Virus record (IMG/VR): IMGVR_UViG_3300031588_000005
Span: 1-36,739 of that record
DNA: 36,739 bases
Source of the DNA: a virus
Taxonomy: Duplodnaviria; Caudoviricetes
Strand: one strand, 5' to 3'
The translations under genes were made by a program, and so were the position numbers. Below are positions 7,323 to 17,177 of this stretch, one piece after another (within the stretch, counting starts at the first letter, position 1; every line of letters begins with the position of its first letter). Under the pieces are notes generated by a model, which was not told the origin of the DNA, searched no databases, and saw nothing but the letters and a program-made list of their open reading frames with translations.

Positions 7323-8180
7323 ATGACACTATTAAGTGAAATACTCGGTATTGAATTAACAAAATTCACTATTGAAAATATGACTGAAAAACAATGGAGA
7401 GCCCTTTCCGATGAAGAATTGAAAAATACTCAATCATTCGCGGATATTATTTCTTCATTAAATGATAAAACAAACAGGGATATGGAACGGCTTAGAAATG
7501 CAGTAAACAATCCAAAACCTTCCGAGTGGCAACAGCCATTGATAGAAGGTTACAAGAAAGAGATAGAAAAGTTCGAAACTTTGACTACCTCAGAAGTAAA
7601 TGACAGAAGGACAGAAGAAGCCCTTCTGACCATTAAGAATCAAACAGTGTATCCAGGAGAAGGATTTCTAAATCAAAAAGAGTGGGAAATAGCAAAAGAA
7701 AGCGTTCTTGCCCTATGGAAACAAGATGGAGACGAACCTCATAAAGCAATGAGAGAATTTGTAAAGAGAAACGAATGGCAAAACATCGAAGCCGCGTTTT
7801 CAGGAGGACATGATTCAGGTTATTTTGAATCAGTTACTTATACAAAGAAAGGAGATATGGAGGGCATTAAACACCCATTAAATATAAACGAATTAGAAGT
7901 TTATAGTTGTCGATTTGACAACCATACTCTAACTCCATCCGGTTGGGAAACCAAAGGAAAAATACTCAATCTTGCAACTTTAATGAATGCTAGATACATA
8001 AGTATGTATAGCCCTTTGAACAGATCTCTAACTGAAAACTTTGGAAGTTTCGCTAATCACCCCTCAGTTAATGGGGTAGTGACCTACTATGCGGAACCTT
8101 CGGAAGATGAAGATGAAGATCCAGATGACCCCTGGGAACCATATGATATAGAATATTCAGTATATGGAAGAAGTTACTGA
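7323..8180 (+). CDS. Protein with DUF6878-like C-terminal domain
   Basis: FSGGHDSG motif; paralog of 12701-13576. Confidence 0.65.
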   Translation: MTLLSEILGIELTKFTIENMTEKQWRALSDEELKNTQSFADIISSLNDKTNRDMERLRNAVNNPKPSEWQQPLIEGYKKEIEKFETLTTSEVNDRRTEEALLTIKNQTVYPGEGFLNQKEWEIAKESVLALWKQDGDEPHKAMREFVKRNEWQNIEAAFSGGHDSGYFESVTYTKKGDMEGIKHPLNINELEVYSCRFDNHTLTPSGWETKGKILNLATLMNARYISMYSPLNRSLTENFGSFANHPSVNGVVTYYAEPSEDEDEDPDDPWEPYDIEYSVYGRSY

Positions 8181-8190
8181 ATAACTGACC

Positions 8191-8424
8191 ATGAAGATTA
8201 TTACCGAAACAGGTGAAGTATTCGAAGAATACACACATAAACTAATTGGAAAACTCGTAACAATAACAGATAAAACAGGTAAAAGGACAGAAGCAGTAAC
8301 AGAAAGATACTGTTCTCACTGCGATGGGCACATGATAGGAACAATCTCTGCTTGCGGAGGATTTCTGGCCCAGCACAAATACCTACACGACGATGATTCT
8401 CAAATAGCAATAATTGGAACATAA
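8191..8424 (+). CDS. Hypothetical protein (CxxC)
   Basis: Motif-led ORF. Confidence 0.8.
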   Translation: MKIITETGEVFEEYTHKLIGKLVTITDKTGKRTEAVTERYCSHCDGHMIGTISACGGFLAQHKYLHDDDSQIAIIGT

Positions 8425-8432
8425 GACTGACC

Positions 8433-8606
8433 ATGACAAAAACGAGAGAAGAGATAGTGGAAGACTTGATCAGCCACGCTAAGATATTAGGCGGTGGCGT
8501 TGAGGACTGGCAATTCATAGAAAATATAATTTTCATGGGCATGGCTTTACTAGAAATAGACCATGATGGAGTTGAAGAAGACTCCACAACTGACCATGAC
8601 AATTAG
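8433..8606 (+). CDS. Hypothetical microprotein (57 aa; not in ORF track)
   Basis: ACTGACC-ATG at 8426-8435; MTKTREEIVEDLISH...; reads through the next motif. Confidence 0.7.
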   Translation: MTKTREEIVEDLISHAKILGGGVEDWQFIENIIFMGMALLEIDHDGVEEDSTTDHDN

Positions 8607-8961
8607 AATAAACTTGAGTAAATATGAAGGCCACACAAAAGGGCCTTGGGACCTCGAACTCTGGGGAGATGAAGCGTATATTTACGCGCCACAAATAATG
8701 ATCCCAGAACCAGAAGGGAAGAGTATATGCAAAATGCACGAACACAACCAATCACCAGAACAATTGCAAATAAACGGATGCCTGATGGCAGACGCACCAC
8801 TTATTCTAGCAGAATACAAGAAGTTGCGTAAAGCATACGAAGTAATGGGCGAAGCATTGAGGGAGAATGGGACAGACTACTGCGAGCATTGTCTTAGGGT
8901 GTATTGCGATACATCCGATGAAGTATTGTATAGGCACCGAGAAGGAAGGTGCTTAACATGA
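8596..8961 (+). CDS. Phage hypothetical of the HTPGPW...LIAAAP type
   Basis: HTKGPW and LMADAP motifs; start moved to motif ATG. Confidence 0.75.
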   Translation: MTIRINLSKYEGHTKGPWDLELWGDEAYIYAPQIMIPEPEGKSICKMHEHNQSPEQLQINGCLMADAPLILAEYKKLRKAYEVMGEALRENGTDYCEHCLRVYCDTSDEVLYRHREGRCLT

Positions 8962-8976
8962 ATGAACCAACTGACC

Positions 8977-10032
8977 ATGATACTAAAAAATATGAAACTG
9001 CAAGTAGAATGGGAATTACCCGTTCTACCAAAGCAGACATCACAAAAAGTAAATGGTTCTGGAACGGTACTAACGCCTTTCCCTAACAAAGTGATTAGAC
9101 TATATGAGAATAATAAAACAGACAAGAATATAATGGACACAGTAAAAGGCTGCAAAGGTGGATGTTTCGGTTGTTATGCCGAATCCTCCATGGGAGTCAC
9201 ATTCCAGGCCATTAAGTTCGACAGTCCACAATCTCAAATACTCGAACCCGTAAAACTTCAAACTGATGTGCTAAAACACTTAGAAAGGTGTAGTAAAAGC
9301 ACAACAGATATTCCGAAGGAATGGGTTAGAAACGGAGTAATGGGAGATCCCTCATATGACTGGGATCTAACAGTCAAAGCAGCAGAAACAGTCAGCATGG
9401 CTGGTTCAAGAATGGTGATTATCACCAAGTTTTGGCATACACCTAGTCCATCACAACTAGGGAGGTTAGCACTTTCTGGCGCAATCCTACATTGGAGCGT
9501 CATAGCAGGGTATGACTGGACTAGAGAATTCGATCCGAATTCCCGAGTTCCAGTGATTATAGACATTATCAGGAGATACAAAAAAATGACTCCGCAAGAA
9601 TCGATATTCATGCGGCTATGTACATTCCCCTGGAAAAAGAACCAACCAATCGAAGAAGGTATGGGAGATATCCTATGGCATGGTCAAGACGCTTTCTACA
9701 ATCTAACTATAAAAGAAGGAATTAGAATAATTGAAACCCCTTGGCAAATGAGAAGGAGTGATCCTAGAATGGAACACATAGACAAAGACATATTGATACA
9801 TCCAAAATCTTACAAAGCCAAAAAGTACGGCTTAAAAGATGAAGATGGCAATACAAAACTCAAAACAGGGTGGGTCTATGGTGGTCCAAAATACTTTAAC
9901 GATAAAGACGCACTTACAGAAGCAGATGCACATGTAATAGGTTGTGTAACAGACTGTGGGCCTTGTCCAAACCAATGCGGTTCGACAAGCACTACAAGCA
10001 CACAAAGAACATTTCATGCTCTTATGATGTAA
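8977..10032 (+). CDS. Radical SAM-like Fe-S protein
   Basis: CxxxCxxC (GCKGGCFGCYA), RNGVMGDPS, C-terminal CxxxCxxCxxxC. Confidence 0.7.
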   Translation: MILKNMKLQVEWELPVLPKQTSQKVNGSGTVLTPFPNKVIRLYENNKTDKNIMDTVKGCKGGCFGCYAESSMGVTFQAIKFDSPQSQILEPVKLQTDVLKHLERCSKSTTDIPKEWVRNGVMGDPSYDWDLTVKAAETVSMAGSRMVIITKFWHTPSPSQLGRLALSGAILHWSVIAGYDWTREFDPNSRVPVIIDIIRRYKKMTPQESIFMRLCTFPWKKNQPIEEGMGDILWHGQDAFYNLTIKEGIRIIETPWQMRRSDPRMEHIDKDILIHPKSYKAKKYGLKDEDGNTKLKTGWVYGGPKYFNDKDALTEADAHVIGCVTDCGPCPNQCGSTSTTSTQRTFHALMM

Positions 10033-10040
10033 GACTGACC

Positions 10041-10328
10041 ATGACAACAACAAAACAGTTGAAAGCCGCCATCGACGAAGCGCGGCAAAATTATGATGAT
10101 AAGGCTACATATTTAGGAGAATACCATGGGAAATGGTACCACGAAGGCGTAGCAATCGCTTTCGATAGAAGCTACACCATGACAATAATCAAAACTTTAT
10201 TGGAGTATTGTCCTAACATCGGAGAACCCGACCAAAAGGACGATCTTGCATTCGAGGCATTATGGTCTTGGGACAAATCAAAGTTCTCAGACGGCAAAGA
10301 ACCAGTCGCTCGGGACGAAGACGAATAA
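10041..10328 (+). CDS. Hypothetical protein
   Basis: Start moved to motif ATG. Confidence 0.8.
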   Translation: MTTTKQLKAAIDEARQNYDDKATYLGEYHGKWYHEGVAIAFDRSYTMTIIKTLLEYCPNIGEPDQKDDLAFEALWSWDKSKFSDGKEPVARDEDE

Positions 10329-10337
10329 AAACTGACC

Positions 10338-10829
10338 ATGGGATATACACACTATTGGTATATGAAAAAGGACAAGAAAGTGTCCGATAAAAAATGGAAT
10401 AATATGACAAGGGATGCCAAGCAACTGCTTGAAGAAAGCCCAATAATTGAAAGAGCTAAACAAAACAATCAATACGAACACTGGAACGACCCTACAATTA
10501 CGGATAATGAAATCCGTTTCGACGGTGGACACGAAACATTCGTCTTAGAAAGGAAACCGATTCAAAGTAGTTGGAGAAAAGACGAAGATATGGTATTCAA
10601 TTTCTGCAAGACTGCGAGAAAGGAATACGACGGATTGGTTACAGCAACTTTGTTGCTCGCCAAACACCACTTAGGAGATGAAATTACAATTTCTAGCGAC
10701 GGTGACGCACAAGAATGGGCAGAAGGAGCCTGGGATGGTGTTCCATCGGGATATGAATTTGTAAAAGAAATACTCAATGAAAAAGATGCTAAGGCTGCTT
10801 TCGTAGCCGTTACATCAGGATTCGAGTAA
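10338..10829 (+). CDS. Conserved phage hypothetical (MGYTHYW...FCKTARKxYD type)
   Basis: MGYTHYW, HETF, FCKTARKEYD and SSDG motifs. Confidence 0.85.
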   Translation: MGYTHYWYMKKDKKVSDKKWNNMTRDAKQLLEESPIIERAKQNNQYEHWNDPTITDNEIRFDGGHETFVLERKPIQSSWRKDEDMVFNFCKTARKEYDGLVTATLLLAKHHLGDEITISSDGDAQEWAEGAWDGVPSGYEFVKEILNEKDAKAAFVAVTSGFE

Positions 10830-10836
10830 ACTGACC

Positions 10837-11727
10837 ATGATAAGCCTACGAAAAAGATTAATGGAATTCTTGGAGCACCCTAAACCGCTTCAAGTGATCT
10901 ACCAAAACTTCGGAGAAGAATTACCTACCACTATTCGTGGAAGGTTAAATGAAAATATAGGAAAGTGCTTCCAAAGAATAGAAAGAGGTGTATATATTGC
11001 CCATTGTGGTGATAATCAAGCCCTCATTCTTGAAGGAGACGCATGGGAAACATTACCAACATTCCCCGATAATCACTTTGATGCGATAATTACTGATCCC
11101 CCGTATTCTGCTTTAGACAAGCAAATGCAAACAGGAACAGCTAGAGAACGAAACAGAAGAGGTGGTTGGGATTTCCAAACAAGAGATCTTGACGAAGATT
11201 TGCTAAATGAATTATTCAGAGTGCTAAAGCCAAGTGGACACATGTTTGTGTTCATGCCTGCTGCCGGACAATCAATGTACGGAGATACAGCAGATTATAA
11301 TGAACAACAGCGCCAATTAACAATGGGTGCTGGATTCAGATATAATAGGACTTGGATTTGGGATAAGGTGCAAATTGGTATGGGGTATTATGGAAGAGCG
11401 AGGCACGAACTCATCTTCTTCTACTCCAAAGGAAAACCATACAACATGGGTGGATTCAAGCGAAAGCCGAATCCACAGCACTATGTTCACGATGTTCTAG
11501 TAGCAACTAGACCAAGTCACAGTAAAAAGAAGCATCAAACAGAGAAGCCAATAGAAATACTGGCAGATATGCTCCAATTCAGTACAGACGAGGGCGACAT
11601 AGTCCTCGACCCATTCGCAGGCGGCCTTGGATTAGCCGAGGCTTGTTTGAAAACGGGTCGAAATGCCGTCTGTATCGAACTAGATATGGAGAACATTCAA
11701 ACAGGCCTTACGCGCTTCGATGATTGA
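10837..11727 (+). CDS. DNA N6-adenine/N4-cytosine methyltransferase (beta class) with short N-terminal putative wHTH
   Basis: ITDPPY catalytic motif, RVLKPSG, HQTEKP, VLDPFAGG SAM-binding motif after DPPY. Confidence 0.92.
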   Translation: MISLRKRLMEFLEHPKPLQVIYQNFGEELPTTIRGRLNENIGKCFQRIERGVYIAHCGDNQALILEGDAWETLPTFPDNHFDAIITDPPYSALDKQMQTGTARERNRRGGWDFQTRDLDEDLLNELFRVLKPSGHMFVFMPAAGQSMYGDTADYNEQQRQLTMGAGFRYNRTWIWDKVQIGMGYYGRARHELIFFYSKGKPYNMGGFKRKPNPQHYVHDVLVATRPSHSKKKHQTEKPIEILADMLQFSTDEGDIVLDPFAGGLGLAEACLKTGRNAVCIELDMENIQTGLTRFDD

Positions 11728-11737
11728 GAAACTGACC

Positions 11738-11839
11738 ATGAAAGCAATGTTTGAACCAACCGATGACCTCGGAGTATTGAGATTCCGAATAATAAAAGAT
11801 GAATACATCTTCGAATTATGGGATTTAGATGACGAATAA
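11738..11839 (+). CDS. Microprotein (33 aa; not in ORF track)
   Basis: Exactly fills the interval between two motif copies (11731, 11840). Confidence 0.7.
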   Translation: MKAMFEPTDDLGVLRFRIIKDEYIFELWDLDDE

Positions 11840-11846
11840 ACTGACC

Positions 11847-12101
11847 ATGACAGAAAAAACATACGGCCACAAAGGCCTACACAAACTGTATGGAATATCA
11901 GCAGGTGTGAAAATTGAAATCACCGTTGAACAAATCATCTCCGACATAAACAAAGGATTAGGATTCGCAGATGACGAATACTACTTCTTAACTGAAGAGG
12001 AGAGGGACAATTACTTGAAAGACGAGATATGTTCACACTTAAATTATAGCGATACTATGATAGGTATGGTTTGTAATGACTGTGGACTAATAGAAACATA
12101 A
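11847..12101 (+). CDS. Hypothetical protein (C-terminal Zn ribbon)
   Basis: Motif ATG; CSH...CNDCG. Confidence 0.8.
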   Translation: MTEKTYGHKGLHKLYGISAGVKIEITVEQIISDINKGLGFADDEYYFLTEEERDNYLKDEICSHLNYSDTMIGMVCNDCGLIET

Positions 12102-12111
12102 GGGTGATTAA

Positions 12112-12372
12112 ATGAGCAGATACACGATACAAGTTGAAAACGACGATTACTTTGATGTGATTTACGGATTTGATACTGGAGGATTATTGGGCGAAAGAAG
12201 CCCCACCTTTGGTTTTTTTCTACAGGCTTGGCTAATCGTAGATGGAGTTACGGACTTGACCTATAACAAAACAGGTGGCAAATCAGCAATAATTGAATCT
12301 CCGTTTTGGGATGAAATTGTAAAGTCAAATCCAGACCACAGCATGAAGATTGCACTTGACTTGCCTTTTTAG
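12112..12372 (+). CDS. Hypothetical protein
   Basis: No motif; GGGTGA Shine-Dalgarno-like site upstream. Confidence 0.8.
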   Translation: MSRYTIQVENDDYFDVIYGFDTGGLLGERSPTFGFFLQAWLIVDGVTDLTYNKTGGKSAIIESPFWDEIVKSNPDHSMKIALDLPF

Positions 12373-12385
12373 GCTAATACTGACC

Positions 12386-12691
12386 ATGAGACCAGCACTT
12401 ATTAGAAAGAAAGGAGAAGAACTAGATGTATTGCGCCGAAAGGCCTCTGCATTATTCCAGATGCTTCCCGATACAAACGAAAATATAGCGAATATTGCGA
12501 TTGAAACATATATTGCACTATGGCAAGCGCAGCGTAAAGCACGATACGAACTATTCGGAATGGAAATACAAGATAAAGAATTTCCGTTACATTGGAAAAA
12601 CCAATTATCTGCAGCAGCAAATCCCAATAAGGAAGCAATCAAAATAATTACCAAATTTGTAAAGGCTGGCTACGCCAACTTACATTTGTAA
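12386..12691 (+). CDS. Hypothetical protein
   Basis: Start moved to motif ATG. Confidence 0.8.
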   Translation: MRPALIRKKGEELDVLRRKASALFQMLPDTNENIANIAIETYIALWQAQRKARYELFGMEIQDKEFPLHWKNQLSAAANPNKEAIKIITKFVKAGYANLHL

Positions 12692-12700
12692 TTACTGACC

Positions 12701-13576
12701 ATGACAGCATACAAAGAAAATATAGTTCTCGTAGAGTCTAAGACTCTCCCTGAATGGAACAATATGAACGATGATGAATTAATGAAAACTAAAAGTTATG
12801 GAATTTCACTTGAATACATGACAAAAGACAAAATACTAAGATTGGAAAGAGCCGAGAAAAGACTGAAAGAATCGACCTATCCAGAATACAATGAGGCCCG
12901 AGAATGGGAATCAAAGTCATATCTTAGGCTACAATTAGAGGGAGAAAAAGATTCAAACTCTAATGAAAATGCCCTTTTGACACTAAAAGGAGAAATTAAA
13001 AGATTTAGTACGGCATTCCCCAACAATACATTTTTCACTAGCGACAAAAAACAATCTGAAAAAGGATTTTTGCTTATGAAAGAACTAGGTTGGGCATGGT
13101 GCCGTATATCTTTTAGCGGAGGGCATGATTCTGGCGGGATCGATGAAATTGATTATGAATCAGAGACTACTTCAATTCAGAAGACGGGACATTACGATGT
13201 AGAATCAATGATTGAAAAGTATACGAAAAATTGTATAGAGGGTAAAACTCCTACTGGGGCTGACCCTTTCTTCTCGATTGAAAATCAGCAAAATCAAGAT
13301 AAATACATCCACTTACGGAAATATCATATCAAAGAAGATAATCCATTGTTAGATGGTATCTATGATAAATTTGATTTTAACGGTTTTCCAAGTGTTGATG
13401 GATATATAGAATGGGACCTAAAGAAAGAAATTCTGAAGGACGATGTTCTTGTACCCAATCCAGATTACAAAAAAACACCAATAATGCAATTCAGAACAAC
13501 TGAATATGTAGATTATCAATCAACAATTGATGATCCAGATGATGAAATCAGAGGCCAATCCTATTCAATGGATTGA
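12701..13576 (+). CDS. Protein with DUF6878-like domain
   Basis: FSGGHDSG and PSVDG motifs; paralog of 7323-8180. Confidence 0.65.
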   Translation: MTAYKENIVLVESKTLPEWNNMNDDELMKTKSYGISLEYMTKDKILRLERAEKRLKESTYPEYNEAREWESKSYLRLQLEGEKDSNSNENALLTLKGEIKRFSTAFPNNTFFTSDKKQSEKGFLLMKELGWAWCRISFSGGHDSGGIDEIDYESETTSIQKTGHYDVESMIEKYTKNCIEGKTPTGADPFFSIENQQNQDKYIHLRKYHIKEDNPLLDGIYDKFDFNGFPSVDGYIEWDLKKEILKDDVLVPNPDYKKTPIMQFRTTEYVDYQSTIDDPDDEIRGQSYSMD

Positions 13577-13587
13577 ACTCACTGACC

Positions 13588-14664
13588 ATGAAAATACCAT
13601 TTTTCAGAAAGAAAAAACAAAATGAAGTGGGTGCAGAAGCCCTATGGGAATCTGCAACAAAAACGGCAGGCACGAAGTCAAAAGAAACCGAAGTAATGAA
13701 CGACGACGGCCCGAGGGATCGAACTAACAGTAAAATCTCTCATACACCGAAACATACACCTTTGTTCAACGCAAAGGCGGAAAGCCGTAGAAAAGCTATG
13801 GGTTCGGCGATGCAAATATTCGCCTCACATAAGAAACCGAAAGAACAATTCGGAATCAGAACTGTGAAAGTCCTAGAAAAAAGTGTAAAAGATCGTTTCA
13901 ACGACATGCACGAAACCGTTCAAGATGTGTGTAAGGGAAACCTAACCTCAGTAGTCCTTTATGGAACTGCAGGAATAGGCAAAACTCACACAGTCAAGAC
14001 GGCCCTTAAACAACACAATCTGATTGAGGGAAAAGATTGGACTTTACTCACAAGCAAATGTACACCATCCGCTTTATACGAAACAGCACTAAGATACCGA
14101 CACCCAGGAAATATAATTATACTAGACGATGTTAATTTCGCAAAAGGGACTACAGGTAAGGATATGTGGGAATTGGTGAAAGCCATGACCGACACTTACT
14201 CGGTGAGAACTGTATCCTCAACTACTAAAGGTTCTAACATGAAGTTAGTCGGCAGCCCCGATGAAGCAGAAAAGTTCCTAAAGCAGCAAGGAAGCAAGGA
14301 TAATAAAATCCCAACAATGTTTGGGTTTCAAGGCAGATTAATTGTAATAACAAACTTGCCTGAAAGTTTCTTTGATGAAGCATATCTAAGCAGAAGCATA
14401 ACAGTTCCACTTTTCCTAACAGAATCGGAGAAAATAGAGCACATGAGAAATATTCTAGAACAAATTAAACCTCACATGGACATATTCATCAAAGAAGAAG
14501 TCCTAAACGCCCTCAAAACGCAACATGAGGAAGATCTAGAATTGAACAAAATCGCAGGGACAGAAAGCCTGACACGAACCCAGTTCGATATACGGACACT
14601 TGAGTTAGCTCTCAATATGGCCGAAACAGATTCAAACTGGAGGAAAAGACTTCACTTCTTGTGA
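13588..14664 (+). CDS. AAA+ family ATPase
   Basis: Walker A GTAGIGKT, Walker B IIILDD, sensor-like IVITN, LSR. Confidence 0.88.
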   Translation: MKIPFFRKKKQNEVGAEALWESATKTAGTKSKETEVMNDDGPRDRTNSKISHTPKHTPLFNAKAESRRKAMGSAMQIFASHKKPKEQFGIRTVKVLEKSVKDRFNDMHETVQDVCKGNLTSVVLYGTAGIGKTHTVKTALKQHNLIEGKDWTLLTSKCTPSALYETALRYRHPGNIIILDDVNFAKGTTGKDMWELVKAMTDTYSVRTVSSTTKGSNMKLVGSPDEAEKFLKQQGSKDNKIPTMFGFQGRLIVITNLPESFFDEAYLSRSITVPLFLTESEKIEHMRNILEQIKPHMDIFIKEEVLNALKTQHEEDLELNKIAGTESLTRTQFDIRTLELALNMAETDSNWRKRLHFL

Positions 14665-14673
14665 TTACTGACC

Positions 14674-15498
14674 ATGACTACAGAACGCAATGCCAAGCAA
14701 TTGGCAATGATAAAAGAATTAAGGCCGTACTTCCGTATGCTACACGCATTGGAAGAATATGGGTGCGATATTGAAGAGGGTCTAAAAAAGGGCCTCATAG
14801 ATCGCACATTGGAATTACTTACACAAAGTAGCACAATTAAACCTGAAAAACTTGATGAAAAGATAAAGGAAGCATGGGGAGAAATTATGGACCATCTAAA
14901 AAACGATATTATGGAAGAGCATGGAATAGAAAAACTCTATTCATTTCATTGGAACCCAAAAGAAATCTTTCCCCTTGAAGAACTTAATCAACAGAATGAG
15001 GGTGAAAACCTAAAGATTTATGAAAAAGCATTAGTGGAAGAAACCGTAGTGGAAGAAACCGTAGTGGAAGAAACCGTAGTGGAAGAAACCGTAGTGGAAG
15101 AACCCGTAGTGGAAGAAACCGTAGTGGAAGAAACCGTAGTGGAAGAAACCGTAGTGGAAGAACTCGTAGTGGAAGAAACCGTAGTGGAAGAAACCGTAGT
15201 GGAAGAACCCGTAGTGGAAGAAACAGATCTTACAGAGGTGTTTGAAATTGCAGATTCACTACTACCATACCAAATTGGTACTGGATTACTAAACTGGACT
15301 TGGTATCTCGAAATGGTAACCATGTCAGAAACAAGTGAAGGCTTAATTGGCCTCCCTAATGTTCTGATTAATTTACACAACAAGAAACTAATTACCAGCA
15401 AAAGAGATCTGTTAGATACTATGTTGATGTCGCTTCATAGCGAAATCGATACAAATGGTATAAGACAAATTTCAGCCCTGTTCGAGAAACTTGAATAG
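14674..15498 (+). CDS. Acidic protein with (VVEET)13 repeat
   Basis: Motif-led ORF with internal tandem repeat. Confidence 0.85.
   Translation: MTTERNAKQLAMIKELRPYFRMLHALEEYGCDIEEGLKKGLIDRTLELLTQSSTIKPEKLDEKIKEAWGEIMDHLKNDIMEEHGIEKLYSFHWNPKEIFPLEELNQQNEGENLKIYEKALVEETVVEETVVEETVVEETVVEEPVVEETVVEETVVEETVVEELVVEETVVEETVVEEPVVEETDLTEVFEIADSLLPYQIGTGLLNWTWYLEMVTMSETSEGLIGLPNVLINLHNKKLITSKRDLLDTMLMSLHSEIDTNGIRQISALFEKLE
15031..15225 (+). repeat. 15-bp coding tandem repeat, 13 units
   Basis: GTAGTGGAAGAAACC with CCC/CTC variants. Confidence 0.98.
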
Positions 15499-15510
15499 GC
15501 ACTGACCATA

Positions 15511-16881
15511 ATGAATGAAAACAATTCAATTCAAGAAAGAAATGGCAAAGAACCATCCTCTGAACATAGTTTCCCAGAAGTGGAAACAATAAATGAATGT
15601 GACGAATGTGGATCTCTTTTGAAAGTAAAGCACAACCACGACATACCTCACGACTATAGTGAGGGCGTATGTGGGATGTATTTCTGCGAAGAATTCTATG
15701 AACACCCATCAGGTGACGAAATGGAAATATGCGGATGTGAATTACTTGAAGATGGAGAGATGTGCAACTGCGGGTGCTATGAAGTATCCTGCCAAGCAAC
15801 AGGAATTTCACAATTCAGAAATGAGGGTGAAAACTATAAAACATGGGAAGAAGCGTGTAAATGCTTAAACTTCATGGACGGAGATGATTTGCCTATTACG
15901 GAGAAGCTAGAACAAATGTTCTGCAAACTATGTAATAAAGAATTAACTGATGCTCCCTCAAGAGAAAGGGGCATTGGAAACACATGTTTCAAAAAATTCT
16001 CAATGAAAGTGGTCGCAATAAAGTCAGAGCGTATTGATGATAATGATATATTATTATTATTGGAAAAGTTTGACTTAGTGCATCACAGCAAAGGATATTT
16101 TGAAACCGACGAGAGAGATATCCAATCGGATGAAATATACTATCCGATAGATTCTCCACCCTATTATCAAAAATTAATTGCAGATGAACCGATAGTTCAG
16201 GAGATTGATTTAGATGCCCTAAGAAATTTTGGCTCCAAATGGGGAATAATATGGAATACAGACTTAGACGAAAGCGAATGGACTTCAGATGATTGTTTAA
16301 CAAAAACGCATCAAATTATTGAAGAACCAGACTGGACAATTATGTTCCAGGGTTCTTTCGAAGGAAAAACACTTAGAAATGGGGAGTATGATAACCCTAT
16401 GTATCAGAGTTTTTATGATTCAATATCCAACCTAAGCGGCGACCCTTCTTTACAAGGGCAATTGGGACATAATTTATACCTGCTAATCTATGAGGTTGGT
16501 GGGGATTGGGCAGCAGATACATTCATTAAAATGTTTAGTGAAGTAACGAGGGCTGCTTATGCAGATCAACCAAATTGGTTCTTAGGACACAGTATTGAAG
16601 ATTATTACGAAGCGAAGGCAGAAGGAGCACTACGAGTAGAAGGAGAGATTAATCCCGTCTACGGAATGTGTGTTCTCAATCAAGGATATAAGTTGTCTTC
16701 TGAAAACCCGTATAAAGCGGCGTATGAACTCCACGGAGAACATACTGATGAAGGATTAGCCTTCAAACTTTTTATAGAAGAATGCGGCGAGATGTTTTGG
16801 GGTAGTAGGAGTAAAGCTATCCCCTTAATTACTGATACATTACTCAGAGAGATGAATTCTCACAATGTTGAGAAAGAGTAG
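15511..16881 (+). CDS. Cys-rich acidic protein with DUF6011-like Zn finger
   Basis: CKLCNKELTDAPSRERGIGNTC; preceded by ACTGACCATA-ATG. Confidence 0.8.
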   Translation: MNENNSIQERNGKEPSSEHSFPEVETINECDECGSLLKVKHNHDIPHDYSEGVCGMYFCEEFYEHPSGDEMEICGCELLEDGEMCNCGCYEVSCQATGISQFRNEGENYKTWEEACKCLNFMDGDDLPITEKLEQMFCKLCNKELTDAPSRERGIGNTCFKKFSMKVVAIKSERIDDNDILLLLEKFDLVHHSKGYFETDERDIQSDEIYYPIDSPPYYQKLIADEPIVQEIDLDALRNFGSKWGIIWNTDLDESEWTSDDCLTKTHQIIEEPDWTIMFQGSFEGKTLRNGEYDNPMYQSFYDSISNLSGDPSLQGQLGHNLYLLIYEVGGDWAADTFIKMFSEVTRAAYADQPNWFLGHSIEDYYEAKAEGALRVEGEINPVYGMCVLNQGYKLSSENPYKAAYELHGEHTDEGLAFKLFIEECGEMFWGSRSKAIPLITDTLLREMNSHNVEKE

Positions 16882-16988
16882 TCTGATTAACGCTACTAAG
16901 TTTGAATCGGAAAAAAATACCACCGGAATTATTTTCGGTTGGCATGAAACACGGAAGCGTAACTGTCATTTGATAGTTCGCACTGACC

Positions 16989-17171
16989 ATGGAAAGCCAT
17001 TGCAGAAAATGTGGAAAAAAATTAAAAGATGAAACTTCACGAAAAAGAGGATTTGGACCCGTATGTGGTGCAGGCCTCGATTGGAAAGAACCAATCAGCG
17101 TGACAGATCTTCTTTTTCCCAAAAAGAAAACCTTGAGAGATAGGATTACAAGCCTCCTCAAAGACGAATAA
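16989..17171 (+). CDS. DUF6011-like Zn-finger protein
   Basis: CRKCGKKLKDETSRKRGFGPVC. Confidence 0.85.
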   Translation: MESHCRKCGKKLKDETSRKRGFGPVCGAGLDWKEPISVTDLLFPKKKTLRDRITSLLKDE

Positions 17172-17177
17172 CTGACC

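Noticed and set aside
15031-15225. Possible CRISPR-like repeat
   Set aside because: Head-to-tail 15-mers with no spacers, in frame within a CDS
16882-16981. 100-bp intergenic gap with weak inverted repeat (AATCGGAAA/TTTTCGGTT)
   Set aside because: Imperfect single-copy stem with no supporting repeat or clear U-tract; cannot call a terminator or ncRNA
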